Below are positions 10,877-24,348 of a stretch of 64,000 nt of DNA, piece by piece. The translations under genes and the position numbers were made by a program. Position 1 is the first letter of the stretch. Each line of letters begins with the position of its first letter. The notes beneath the pieces were generated by a model, which was given only the letters and a program-made list of their open reading frames with translations, was not told where the DNA came from and made no database searches. This stretch comes from Octopus bimaculoides (taxonomy: Eukaryota). The stretch spans positions 97,510,176 to 97,574,175 of the forward strand of contig NC_068988.1 in assembly GCF_001194135.2 (NCBI RefSeq). The letters run 5' to 3'.

Positions 10877-13247
10877 ATTTATCTTTTTCGAACAAAAGAA
10901 GGACAAAGTTTCACCCTCGGATGGATTTGAACTTGGCACATTTAGAAAAAAGTATGAAATTGAAATATCTATAATGTATTTAGGTAAATGTTCCGCGATC
11001 TCCGTCTCGTCTTTCACAACATATTGCCCTGCCTTTACTGATTCTATTAATAAAAAGCTGAAATGTAATATAAAATATAAATAACTGAATAGTTTGTAAA
11101 TGTTTGTGTTCGAGTCTGGAACTTCCCAATATCCAAGGAAACAAGAAAGAATTAGAACGGACAAAAGAAAGAGAAAGAAAAAGTAAAAAAGAAAACAATG
11201 AATAGAAAGGTGAATGAGAAGAATAAGAAGAAGACGATTGGTGAAAAAGTAGAATAGTGTTTAGAATAACTTTTTAAATAAGTTCAAAGCCGAACCGGAA
11301 TTAAGTCTGATATTTTAACGAGATTTTACGGTTCCCTAACCAATGTTAATATTGGCCATAATCGCGGTTCATTCGCTGATAAATTGGTTTCGAGAACATT
11401 CTTCTTCGAAATTATTGTCAATGATTGATGTTCCATTTTGCCAGTGGAGTTATTGTTATCTTAATTTACATTCTTTCTTTATTTCTGTTTTATTGGTTTC
11501 ATTGTCATACATTTTGTTTGTTTGTTTGTTTGTTGGAAATATTGTTATTTTTGTTGTTATTTTATTCGTTTTGTTTTTGTCTTTCCCCCTCCTTCTCCTC
11601 CACCCTCTCTCCTTGTTCTCGTCGTTATAATATTTGTAGAAGTAACATTAACAGTCGGAGCAATAAATGTTGTTGTTATTATTTTTTGTTGCTATCGTTA
11701 TTGTTCGTCTTGTTCTTGTTACTATCGTCGTCGTCGTTGTTGTTGTTGTTCTAGTTATACAGTAACAGTGAACTAAAGGAAATACACAAAAAACATTAAT
11801 AATGCTGGAATTCACTCAATATTAAATTGAGAAGCTCGATCGCTTGAAGGCTACGAGAGGTGTACGCCAAATCTAGCTCTATGCCTCAGTCGATCAACCC
11901 AGCCGAACCAATCAGTCTTCCGACTAGATCTAAAGAACACGAATTATAGGGAATTAGGGGAAAAGTCAACAAGTCCGGAGAGCAAGAAAAGAGAGTTCAA
12001 TTCTTCACCATACTGAAGCTAAATATATTTTACGTTCTCCTGTCCTCTCAATAAGAATAACAAAAGGAAAAATATAAAGTACGGAATGAAATCACTTTAC
12101 TAATCTACTTGGAAGCGAATTAACAAAGAAGTTACTGTATTGGATTTACAAGGTTAAACACTTTGCATTCAAACCTTTCGTATGAGCTTCGTCTGATCTT
12201 GTTGTGCATACACATTTGTGCCGTATGGACATACAATTTTATGCAACCGATTTTGCTTAGCGATCCAGAACATGTACAACGAGATGTTCCGAGAATGCTA
12301 CTTAAAGTAAAAATAAAAGAAAAATGGAAACAAGCACGCACTCTCTTCTCTGAAAGAAAAACAGATACATTCATCTGTAATCGTCTTTTATAACCAGAGA
12401 CGAAGCTAATTATTTGGCCAAGAAGAATCTTAGAAGATTAGACAGTAAGAACGTGTCATTATAAGCATACCTACAACGCAGTTGTTGACAAGATTAACCA
12501 GCCCGGACTTCGCTGTCGGGTACTTTTATCGAATCGCCCACCCGAATGAATGATCAAAGATAATATTCTTTGCAATACTTGATGCAATCTAATATTTAAA
12601 TTGATAGAGGACGGCAGAAAGAATTGGTAGAACTAACTTTAGATTAAATTTCTTACAGTCTTTAATTGCGTAGCTTTACGTTCTCTCTCACAAATCTCGA
12701 CAACGTTAAAATCTCGCCATTTCATCCTCTGATGTTTTAAAATATATGCATCTGTAATAAATATACCAACGTTGATTCAAGCGACTTTATTAACGCCAAC
12801 ACACATCCATGTGGCCCAGCGCCGCATAGATTTGATTAATAAAGGACGATAAAATGCTGGCATTTAATTGCTTCGTTTTCCGTTCCCAGTTAATATAAAC
12901 AACAATGAAAGTAAATTTTGTCTTTCATTTCTCCGGGATATAAGAAATAGATAGCAGTAATATACGTGGGTAGGTGTAGATTTTGTCGGCTTTTCTTCCT
13001 CAATTTCATATTAAAGATGTGTTTATACAAGAAATATGTGTATGCATGAGTGTGAGTGTGTGTATGTATGTGAGTGTGTGTGAGTGTTTAGAGAAATACT
13101 AAATGAAAACGTTAGATTTACTTGAGGGTACAATTTCTCATCTCTTAATTTAATATAAATTTATTTTCTTCTTCCTTCTCCTCCGCATCATCATCATCGT
13201 TGTCTTACTATTAGTAAACTTTCGTAGTTATCTAATTTTGTGATATG

Positions 13248-13330
13248 TGACCTATGACCTGTGACACGATTTGGATTTCTGGTTATAACCAGTTTAATCG
13301 GCTTTCACCACGTGACACATCAGCCATCTT
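13248..13330. promoter_or_regulatory. Cluster of TF-like motifs (DR1, palindrome, E-box, YY1-like)
   Basis: TGACCTATGACCT 13248-13260, CTGGTTATAACCAG 13279-13292, CACGTG ~13309-13314, GCCATCTT 13323-13330. Confidence 0.3.
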
Positions 13331-13894
13331 CAATATGATTTTAGGTCTTAGTCAGATGAGTCTTTGTGACAGTTTCAGGGCCTCAAAACACCAGTAACAA
13401 GTAAAACATAACAAGTTAACTTCAAACCAGAGGACCTGGTCCGTATGTTTGTAAAAGACTGCATCCTGTCTAAGGTTCCCAAAGAACAGGGTAGTAATGT
13501 TAAACTCGGCGACGAATTCGGTTCTCCAATTAAAAACATGCACAGTCCGACCGGCTTCAGCAGTTTCCAAGCAGTCAATTTAATTCGTAAAACATGCGTT
13601 GACTCAGATTATTAGCGAAAGAAGATACTTGCCCGACGTATTGCGCAGTGATATTGAACCTGCCATCACGTGATTGCAAAGAGTACCTCTTAAGCACGCA
13701 TCGGTGCCCTCGTCTTGAGATCTTATGTTGCGGGGTGGGATGGGCGCTGTCGATGTCTAGGCTCAGATCTACCCATTTTGAACAGATCTATCGTCAAAAG
13801 CATTTCAACTATAATCATTCTCTCTCTTTCGCTAACTTTCAGTCAATGTCCATGTTTAATGCTGCATCAAATAACGAAACCGTTGATAGTGAGG

Positions 13895-13925
<31 letters not shown>

Positions 13926-14810
13926 GATAGATGGCTTGTGATTTAAAGGAAATTTAGTTACTTAGCAAGTCGAAAGATTACGTGGAAGCTCTTTTCGTTG
14001 ATTCATCCACACTGAAAAATTGATAGGTAGCTCGTTACTTAGCAATTCTACGTTCAAATCCGCGTTGCGTTTAGAACAATGGGTTAACAGAATTTGTGTA
14101 AAGAATAAATTAACATTTTCATTGCAAAGAAAAGAAAAACAAATTCAATTCTTTCTTTCTTGTTGTGTTCAGAGAGTGTTGGTGAAATAGGAAGACTTCT
14201 GTCTTGGTCCCTCATTCTAGATTATCCAGAGATAGAGACAGACAGATAGATAGATATAGATAGATAGATAAATAGATAGAGAGGGGAGAGAGAGAGCGGA
14301 GAAGGGGAGGAGAAAGAAAATGAAAGAAAGGAATGAGTAATCGACTCAAGTACTTGACAAGTTGTTTATTGACCTTGAAAAGGTGAAACAGAAATTTGGC
14401 CTCCTTTCACGGAACAGATGACCAGAGCAAATACCAAAAGTCATTCTAGCTAACTTTTCTACTAATTCACTGCTTTATAAAAATCAATGGCTAACATTAA
14501 TTCTATCTGGTTAAAGCAACAACATTGACATTTTAATTACCGTATTTGAAAGTATATAAGATGTCCATTTTATTTCAAAACATGCTTCAAACATTACCCC
14601 GGGTTCTTATACGCGAAGTTGAGCTTCCCTGCATTAAGACAATTTTTACTTGAATGCGTCCCACAGACATTGTGTGCATGAAATATACCCGCACTCTTAT
14701 ATATCACTAAATATGGTAATCCAAAGATGAATAGCATAAGCAGTGATATGTCAAAAGCATAAACTTGATGACTAACATAACCCGAGTCTAATCTTTGATA
14801 AGTGTGTAGA

Positions 14811-14850
14811 AAACTGACATATTTCGGTCATATTATATCTCATCAGTGAA
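14811..14850 (-). ncRNA. Hammerhead-like motif, decayed
   Basis: Minus strand CTGATGA-G atataatatgac C-GAAA TAT GTC: core intact, stem II looks like ggtcatataatatgacc minus 3 nt, stem I weak. Confidence 0.5.
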
Positions 14851-15026
14851 TCATAATCTTTTCTATTATCTATCACGTATTACGATGGAGGATCGCCATA
14901 TAAATGCGTAATATTCCACAACGCGGAATAATTCGTGAAGGAAATTAATGTCAGTTAACATTCGCTCAAATATTTCGTGCCAGGTCGATCCCGTCCCATG
15001 GTAACTTCAGTCAGTTTCCTGTTTAC

Positions 15027-15053
15027 CTATTAATGCTCCCGGTGTTAAATACA
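15027..15053 (-). other. Candidate 27-nt symmetric microexon
   Basis: Acceptor tatttcatctatgtttcctctcAG, exon tgtatttaacaccgggagcattaatag, donor GTAAAC. Confidence 0.2.
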
Positions 15054-15873
15054 CTGAGAGGAAACATAGATGAAATATTTACCAGTGTCTATGACCACAA
15101 TATGTACTGTTGATAACTAAGATTTTTTCACTGGCTCACTCATAAACATAACATGCTTTAAACGTGATGCCAAGTGTAGAGTGTTGTTGTTGTTATAATT
15201 GCTGGCTAATTGCTGCTAGTGGTGGTGGTGGTGGTAGTGCTTGTGTTGTGCCTATTGTTGCTGTTGTTATTGTTGTGGGTGGTGTTGTTGGTAGTGGTGT
15301 GGATGATGTGGTTGGTATTGTTGCTATCGTTATTGTTGTTGTTATAATTATGTATATTTAGAGATAAACTATGACTATATATTTGAGATAACTGACGATC
15401 GATTACCTTCGATTAGAGATCAACTTGATCATGGCTGCTTCCACAGGGCAGCCATGTCTGAACGGTTGGCGAATTTGCTTTGCTTATGTATGTTTTTTTT
15501 TTTTATTCAATCTCTTTGTGAGGAACACTGGGCATGTGTCTTTTATCCTAAACTCAGGTAATTGAAATATACTCAAGGATACTTCTGGCACAGCCCATTG
15601 GAGAAACGGCTCTTGTCCTCGTCAACAGACTTAATCCGCTGCCAAGGTTAAAGGCCCCTTATTGAGCAGTGTGAAAATCGGTGATAACACTAAGGCCAAT
15701 TTTCGACCAGAGGATAATCTCCCGAGTTCCATCTGTTACAAAGGTCAGGGGTCAATGTTTTTCCTCCTCTCAAATAATAAAAATTAGAAACACTAAAACA
15801 ACACACACAAACACAATTTGATTTTGTGCCACGGATAGATATTTGCTTACGCAAATGTGTGTGTGTGCGTGTG

Positions 15874-15916
<43 letters not shown>

Positions 15917-15989
15917 ATATATATATGGTCAATACAAATAAACGGATAAAAAGTGACAAAAGAAAAGAAAAACAACGAACGTGAGGACG

Positions 15990-16075
15990 TACACAAGAAA
16001 TGTATGAGGTTGACGCTCGGTGAAAAGAGAGAGTTAAACGTTTCGAGCATAGCTCTTCGTCGGAAAGAAGAGAAA
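15990..16075 (-). mobile_element. PLE-tail-like repeat with decayed hammerhead motif
   Basis: Minus strand CCGACGA-A-GAGC tat GCTC-GAAACGTT...gagcgtc; same family as 62690-62800. Confidence 0.5.
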
Positions 16076-16748
16076 AGTCCAATGAAGAAGAAATCGCTAA
16101 AGGGCCACGTCTAGTTACATTGCGTACATACATATGTACACATACATTTATATACATATATATTTATGCACAAACACACATATATCTTTATATGCATAGA
16201 CATATGTATAAATATGTTAATATATATGTATACACACTCACACGTGCATACGCATGCATACATGCATGCAAGCATACATATATACATGTATTTATACATA
16301 TTTATGCAAAGATATAAGTATATGCATATACACACATATATAAACACACACAGACGCACACATTCATTTATATATTTTCATTGATGTATTTTGGTTGCCA
16401 TCTTCGGTTCGCTTCGGAGCAACGGAAAAGAAAGCCATATATTAGTGGGTAATAACAATCAATGTAATCGCATGACACAGATAAATATGTACACAGTTGC
16501 TTACTGACGAGCGCGAAGGAGCGAAATCACGAGGTGGAGCGGACAAGGGTGATAGCGGTAATAATGTGTCTTCCTTGATCGTAACCCGGGAGGATGTCAT
16601 GTGACCTGATCCATAAACACGTCGCCGACAAATAGGGACTTTCATTAAGTGCTTTTTACACACTTCTTTGTAATTTTATGTGCAGATATATGAAGACTTT
16701 GTTTAGCTCATCTTCCATGTTGGTTTATATTCTTTTCTCTCTCACTCC

Positions 16749-16799
<51 letters not shown>

Positions 16800-16916
16800 C
16801 TATTTCCGTTGTTTTTGCTCTCGTCTGAACTTTTAGTTCTTTATATCTTTTAACTAATTTTCGTTTTTATGTCTGTGTCTGAGTATCTATCTATCTACCC
16901 ATCTATCTATTTCCAT

Positions 16917-16973
<57 letters not shown>

Positions 16974-17068
16974 NNNNNNNNNNNNNNNNNNNNNNNNNNN
17001 NNNNNNNNNNNNNNNNNNNNNNNNNNNNNNNNNNNNNNNNNNNNNNNNNNNNNNNNNNNNNNNNNNNN

Positions 17069-17139
<71 letters not shown>

Positions 17140-17714
17140 GTACGAATGGTTGGCATATGAAAAGATGAGCCTAAACTATTTCGTGGACAGCTATATTAGC
17201 CACAGCAGTGAAGACTTTACTCTCTTCTCCCTATATCAGAGATACGAATTCCTATCTGACCATAGAGCTGGCTGCATGTTTGCTTCCATTAAAACGGCCT
17301 GAAGAGGCCGAAATGTATTTGGCGTTCTGACCGGCCACAGCTGCAACATATTTTTGTGTCTCTCCCTCTCTGTGTCTGTCTGCTTGTCTCTCCCTCTCAC
17401 TCCTCTCATATTTACTGTTTGTGACACAAAGTTCGTAAGAGATGTTATCCCAGGAGAATCACTACTCTATCAATAGTGTGTACACATTAAGTATGATACA
17501 TACATGGTTATTTTAATTGTGTAGTGTCCCAAATTCCGCGTATATTATATATATATATATATACATATATAATCTTTATTCAGCATGACGGTCGTTTCGA
17601 CCCATCCTGAAGCTGTCCCGTAGGTGTAGGATATTGTTCGTCTAGCTGTATTGCATCAATCAATGCAGGCTGGGTCAGTTCAGGTGCTTGGTGTAGAAAA
17701 AGGCATCTCACTAA

Positions 17715-18023
17715 GACAGACTGTCCAAATGATTTTGAAGACTGCAGAATAAATGATAATCAGATGGGGGTATTGTCCAGCGAATATGGTGGATGGAGCA
17801 TCGTTTCTCATTCAAATGGCTCCAGCCTTTGGAATGTTATCCTTGCTGTATGCAGCCAAGCATTATTCTGATAGAACACCTTTTGGCTTGAAACCAAAGA
17901 TGGTCGTTTTCCTTGTAGCGCTGTCTTCGGCCGCTCAAGCTGCTCGCAACAGATCTCTTTTGATATCGTTTTGGTTTGGGTTTAGAAGCTCAAAGTGGGC
18001 TAAATCCCCCAAAACTGCATTAA
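17715..18023 (-). mobile_element. mariner transposase fragment (catalytic C-terminal part)
   Basis: EQLERPKTALQGKRPSL...YQNNAWLHTARITFQRL...LHPPYSLDNTPSDYHLFCSLQNHL (cf. HDNARPH, HPPYSPDLAPSDYHLF). Confidence 0.8.
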
Positions 18024-18616
18024 NNNNNNNNNNNNNNNNNNNNNNNNNNNNNNNNNNNNNNNNNNNNNNNNNNNNNNNNNNNNNNNNNNNNNNNNNNNNN
18101 NNNNNNNNNNNNNNNNNNNNNNNNNNNNNNNNNNNNNNNNNNNNNNNNNNNNNNNNNNNNNNNNNNNNNNNNNNNNNNNNNNNNNNNNNNNNNNNNNNNN
18201 NNNNNNNNNNNNNNNNNNNNNNNNNNNNNNNNNNNNNNNNNNNNNNNNNNNNNNNNNNNNNNNNNNNNNNNNNNNNNNNNNNNNNNNNNNNNNNNNNNNN
18301 NNNNNNNNNNNNNNNNNNNNNNNNNNNNNNNNNNNNNNNNNNNNNNNNNNNNNNNNNNNNNNNNNNNNNNNNNNNNNNNNNNNNNNNNNNNNNNNNNNNN
18401 NNNNNNNNNNNNNNNNNNNNNNNNNNNNNNNNNNNNNNNNNNNNNNNNNNNNNNNNNNNNNNNNNNNNNNNNNNNNNNNNNNNNNNNNNNNNNNNNNNNN
18501 NNNNNNNNNNNNNNNNNNNNNNNNNNNNNNNNNNNNNNNNNNNNNNNNNNNNNNNNNNNNNNNNNNNNNNNNNNNNNNNNNNNNNNNNNNNNNNNNNNNN
18601 NNNNNNNNNNNNNNNN

Positions 18617-18661
<45 letters not shown>

Positions 18662-19859
18662 TATGACTGATTTCCGTTTTGATCTGGGTTAGTTGCCTTC
18701 CAAGACAAGAAACTGCAGAAATCTGTAGAAAGTTTTGGAAACGGCAAGCAAAACAGCGCCACTGGTCTGCCTGAGTTTATAAATTCACCGGGGAAGATAA
18801 CAGTGCAAATTAGAGGCATTAAGTGAATTACGAACGGTATAACGAACTTACAGGCGTGTGTATACATACATATCTATATACATACATACATACACATATA
18901 TGCATACACATGCATACTTATGTGTGCATATACATAGTACATATATATATACACACACACATATATACATACATACCCACGTACGTATGTGTGAATGTGC
19001 ATATATATATATGCATATATAGATGTATACACATATATGTATGTATATTTGCATGTCTGAGTGCATACATGAGTGTACATACGTGTGTGTGTGTGTGTGT
19101 GTGTGAGTGTGTCAGGCTGGCGTCTAGCATTTGCAGCTCTACATGATTTACGGCGAGGTTAATTGGAAAATGGCGCTTTTCTCCATTTCTAATAACTTTA
19201 GGCCAATCAACACAACATAACATACGACGTACAACAACACAACACAGTACAAACAATATAATTCAACACTGCATCACATCACTATACAATAAAACATACA
19301 ACTCACTACCCCGTAGTGAGTTCATCATCGACGTAGAAGCATATTGCGCGCGCACACACACACACACACACTTACATAGAGGAAACTTGTATTAATTACT
19401 CTAACCCTTCTTTAGTCGTTCATTATTTTCCCTTCAGTTTGTTCTATTTCTTCTTTTTCATTCTTTGCTTACTTTGTCATTGTTTTCTTTCTGTATTTAT
19501 TTCTTTTACGCTTCATTTTTCTTTCTTCTTTTCATTCTTTCTGTATCTTTGGCGCGTTTTCTTTCCAGATCATTATTTATGTTTATATATGTGTGTATAT
19601 ATGTGTGTATATATATGTGTATATATGTATGTATCTATGTTTGTATGTAAGTATGCTATTATTCACTTTTTTATTTCCAGACTTCTTGCCAATGGTGAAG
19701 GAGTCGGTTTCGAACCTAGATCCAAGGCGGCTTCATTAGACTTTCAGCAACATCAGCAGCGCAGTTGTGTATACATGTACCTTTTGCAAGTATTTCGAGT
19801 GAAGATCTGTATGTTTTGTTATATGTGTAGTCATACATATAAGAGAATGCCTAGACACG

Positions 19860-20230
19860 TACCTATGTACCTGTATGTCACATATTTTGGCCCTTCCATG
19901 GATGGTTCGTATTTTTAATCTTTTAATCAGCTTTCTCCTTTCTAGTTTCGAGAACCCTAATTTCTTAAGATTGTTGCGGAGCTAACTTTTTACATATCCT
20001 AGAGCCCAAATAATTACGGGCATAAATTTAAACTTGTTACCTCGGCGGCGTAACTGTAAATTACTCAATAATTCCACATAGGTGTTTTCTTTTTGCTGGT
20101 TTTTAGCTTTATGACAGCTGTTGGCCAACTGATCTCCGTCCACTACTATGTCTCGTCTATCATCTTTGCATTTGATTGAGATTTTCACGGGGGCATTTCC
20201 CCATTATTCTTTCATATTATTTGTAGTTAT
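19860..20230 (-). mobile_element. RLE-type (R4/Dong-like) LINE 3' fragment, old
   Basis: DDRRDIVV...FMPVIIWALGYV resembles RLE RPDIVV...PVIIGALG. Confidence 0.55.
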
Positions 20231-20308
20231 GGTCTCTACGACCATACGGTCGGTTCTTATATCTTCCTCCTAACGGATCTCGTTATAAAGTGTATATATG
20301 TATATGTA

Positions 20309-20888
<580 letters not shown>

Positions 20889-21267
20889 GTCCATGCTTTG
20901 TAACTCTGGGTTTGTGTATCTAAATATGTATGAATATATTAGCAGTTCATTGATGGTTAAATCGTTTGAAGTTTCCCTTTTCGAATTAGCAAAAGCGAAG
21001 GATCTTGGTTAGCGTTTGCAAGTAATGTAAATGGTATTGTTTATTGATCAGTGATTTACATCGATTTCCCTTGACATTTTACTTTGATAATGTAAATCTT
21101 GCTCATCCATAATTGTAAAGGGTCGATAACAGAGAATCTAGTTGGTCGCAAGACTGGCTAGAAACATCAGTTCAATCTCACGTATACCCTACTCCCACCA
21201 TCTTAAAAAGAAAAGAATACTCTGAATAAATGCAGTCGGACGAAAAAAGAATGAGGTGGTTGGGTGG

Positions 21268-21298
21268 CGAGAGCTTTCATCATAGTGCTCCTCAGTCG
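21268..21298 (-). ncRNA. Hammerhead-like motif (CTGAGGAG...GAAAGCTC type)
   Basis: Minus strand CGA|CTGAGGA|gcactatgat|GAAAGCTC|TCG: intact core, palindromic AGCT, 3-bp stem I, stem II decayed. Confidence 0.5.
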
Positions 21299-22059
21299 GG
21301 GTGACCTACCACTAAACAGCAACAGCAGCAGCAGTGAGGTCAGCGACGTCATTCCCAAGATTTTTTTGCCCATTTAAAAACACATCAACAATGAACTCCT
21401 TCAGCAAACCACTTCAACTTGGTCAAAATCGCGAGAAAATCTTGAAACGAAGCGATTGTACAGCGATAACTAAATGTAAATGAAAAACCACCTGACATGG
21501 GAGCAATCAGGTTTTCAATATAACAACGTAAAACTTATGTTAATATTTATTGTTTTAGCGAATTTTGCGACTGTATTCGCGGAAATAAAGATTTCCAAAT
21601 ATTCAATGCCAACGATTTATTATATTTTTTGGGCAATTGCTTTAAAAAAAACTGGTGTTAGTTGCCTTTTAACAGAATCGCTTTTAAGTGACAATAATTT
21701 AAACATTTTTAAAACACTGAGAAAACTGACTGACTGAATTTATGCTTTAGTGAGTTTAGTATGCGCATAAATGTGTGTGTTAGGGCATGTATACACGCGC
21801 GCACATGCATACCACAGTAAACGAGAGAAAGAGAGAAAGAAAGAAAGACAGACAGACGGAGAGATAGAAAGAAAGTGAATGTGCGAGATGTGGCTGTGTA
21901 TGTGTGTATGTCTATTATTTCTGTTGGTGTCTTTAATAACATTTATTTCAATGGAGCCCACGAATGCTGCAGAATAGAAAAAAAAAAACCCTACTGGCCT
22001 GCTAAGAATATCTATCTATTTATCTGTCTAGCTAACAAAGTGGGATCGCACTTGTGAAT

Positions 22060-23615
22060 AGTCAATTTCTTTATTAACCATGAGGTTGAGAAAAAGAGGG
22101 GACGATACGAGGACAGACAAAACAAACATTGAGGTCAGGGGATCGAATGAGACGAAACGTATGAATAAAGAAACAAAATATATACAATTAAATGAGAATG
22201 AGTGATTTAACAAAAAATGAAGCGGAGGACGCGGTCGACCCGCACAAACTCACACTGAAGACTTTGCTTTGTCCTTTTTTTGTTCTCGTTCAGACAAGTT
22301 CTTTCATTCGCAACATACTTGCTACAGACTTCCATCTTTTATGAAACACTTTGCAACAGACATTTCTTCTCCAGCCTTTTTTTTCCGTTTCATACGGAAA
22401 ACGAAAAAGTCGATTAGCTCGAGACTAGAGATGAACATGCCTGTTGCAATTCCTTTCTCTCTCGTTTTCCATACGACTTCTTTCGCAACAGCAACTACCG
22501 AGAGAAAACAGGCTCGCTCCTCCCTATTGAGGGAAGGCGGCGGAACGATCTTAATTACAGATTCGCTTGACAGTTGTACTCTTCTCGAATGCGACAGCAG
22601 GTGTTCGACATAAGCCCAGAGTTCAGTCACCTTGGGTCGTTGCCCAATCGCGTGCAGAACAGTTTGGCTGTCCCGCTCGCATCGTGCACAAACCGGCGAC
22701 GGCGCACACCCATGTCTAAAAAGCTTACCTCTAACCGTTGAAGCTCCTCTGCAACATTGCCTGGCCAGGGACTTTTGGTAATTATCCATAGGCCCCGGCC
22801 CGAATGTTCTTTGGAATAGGTTGGCCAGTTGATCTTCGTCGAAGCCTAGGGTTTCTCCCANNNNNNNNNNNNNNNNNNNNNNNNNNNNNNNNNNNNNNNN
22901 NNNNNNNNNNNNNNNNNNNNNNNNNNNNNNNNNNNNNNNNNNNNNNNNNNNNNNNNNNNNNNNNNNNNNNNNNNNNNNNNNNNNNNNNNNNNNNNNNNNN
23001 NNNNNNNNNNNNNNNTCTTTGGAATAGGTTGGCCAGTTGATCTTCGTCGAAGCCTAGGGTTTCTCCCAAGACGTCGTTACGCTTGAACTCTACTAACCCT
23101 CTATAGAAAAACGAGGTAGTACCCCCCGCCACCGGCGTTGCCCGACTGGGAGAGAAGCACGAGTGCCTGATGGCACTCTGCATGCCACACGCCCAACCTC
23201 GGTCTACACTTGATCCATGGGTCCNNNNNNNNNNCTGCATGCCACACGCCCAACCTCGGTCTACACTTGATCCATGGGTCCAGTTCGGTAAACGATGTGA
23301 ACTGTGGAAATAACAGCTTGACAAACGGAGACCACACCTGCTCACCGCCCAGGTAAAGCCAGAGGTGCCTAAGCGTCAGCGCATTTTTAGCCACGGCATC
23401 CCGAGCCCACCCTTCAGCGGCTTTTGACAGCAGATAGAGCGCCTTACAAGAGGTTTACTGCCCCTCCACAAAAAAACGAAAGAGTATGCGTTCCAGCTGG
23501 TTCAGCCACGAATCGGAGCAAGACACGACGGTCAAGCGGTTGGTGATTACAGAGGCGATAAACACTTCTGCAACCTCTGCCCTTCCCTTTCAAGGACAGT
23601 CGTCGGCTGGCAGCC
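22060..23615 (-). mobile_element. Tx1/L1-group LINE, 5'-truncated (RT C-terminus, zinc-finger region, 3'UTR)
   Basis: RRLSLKGRAEV...LERILFRFLWRGSKPLVRRSICCQ...GGLGMPWL; LFRHG...CARCERDSQTVLHA; AKEVVWKTR; AATAAA near 22070 on the minus strand. Confidence 0.8.
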
Positions 23616-24291
23616 TCTTCTATATAACTGGACTCTAACTATTTATTCATATATTTATTTATCTTAAATATTACCTATCCATCTTCCGTAATATCATCGT
23701 TTTCTTCCGAAACCACAATTTATTTTCTTTTACTTCTTCATCTGTTGTCTTCCTGTTTCTTGTCATCCTTCTTCTCCTCCTCCTCCTCCCTTCACTCCTT
23801 CTTTCTCTCGTCCTTTCGACAACTTTTCCAGATTTACTTCCATTCTCTCTTTTTGTTTTGTATTCCCCCGCCATATTTTACACATACACTTTCACCTTCC
23901 CCCCCCCTCTCTCTCTCCCATTTCTTCTTGTCCATTTTCTACCCCCCTCTCTGTCTCGCAACCACTCGTGTTTTATTTCTCTACCCACAGTCTATATTTC
24001 GTTCTCCACAATTTTCGTTTGATCATTATAAATTACCCCATCCCCTGTCACCTTCCTTCTCGTCCCACCGCGTTCACTTGTCCTCTTCGTTACCCCTAAT
24101 ATTCGTGTATTTAATTAGACTAAATTGTCTCCTATACCCGCAAGGCTTACAGTTAAGGGTTCGAATTCTTAAGCCGTCACCATTTCTTTTAATTTCCTCT
24201 AATTTATATTTATTTATTTTATATTTCTTGCCCATATTTGATTTATTTTTTCGTTTTTGCGTATTTATTTCTTATTGCATCTAAGCACGTA

Positions 24292-24348
<57 letters not shown>

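Noticed and set aside
12132-12393. Overlapping ORFs on both strands in unique sequence
   Set aside because: No recognisable domain and no consistent splice signals; length is within chance expectation
17291-17326. CTGAAGA-GGCC-GAAATGTATT hammerhead-like string (also 40590-40625 minus, 17583-17620 minus, 30670-30700 plus)
   Set aside because: Each has several defects (no stem II loop, mutated G12, or missing core or stem I); kept only as weak support and not called as features
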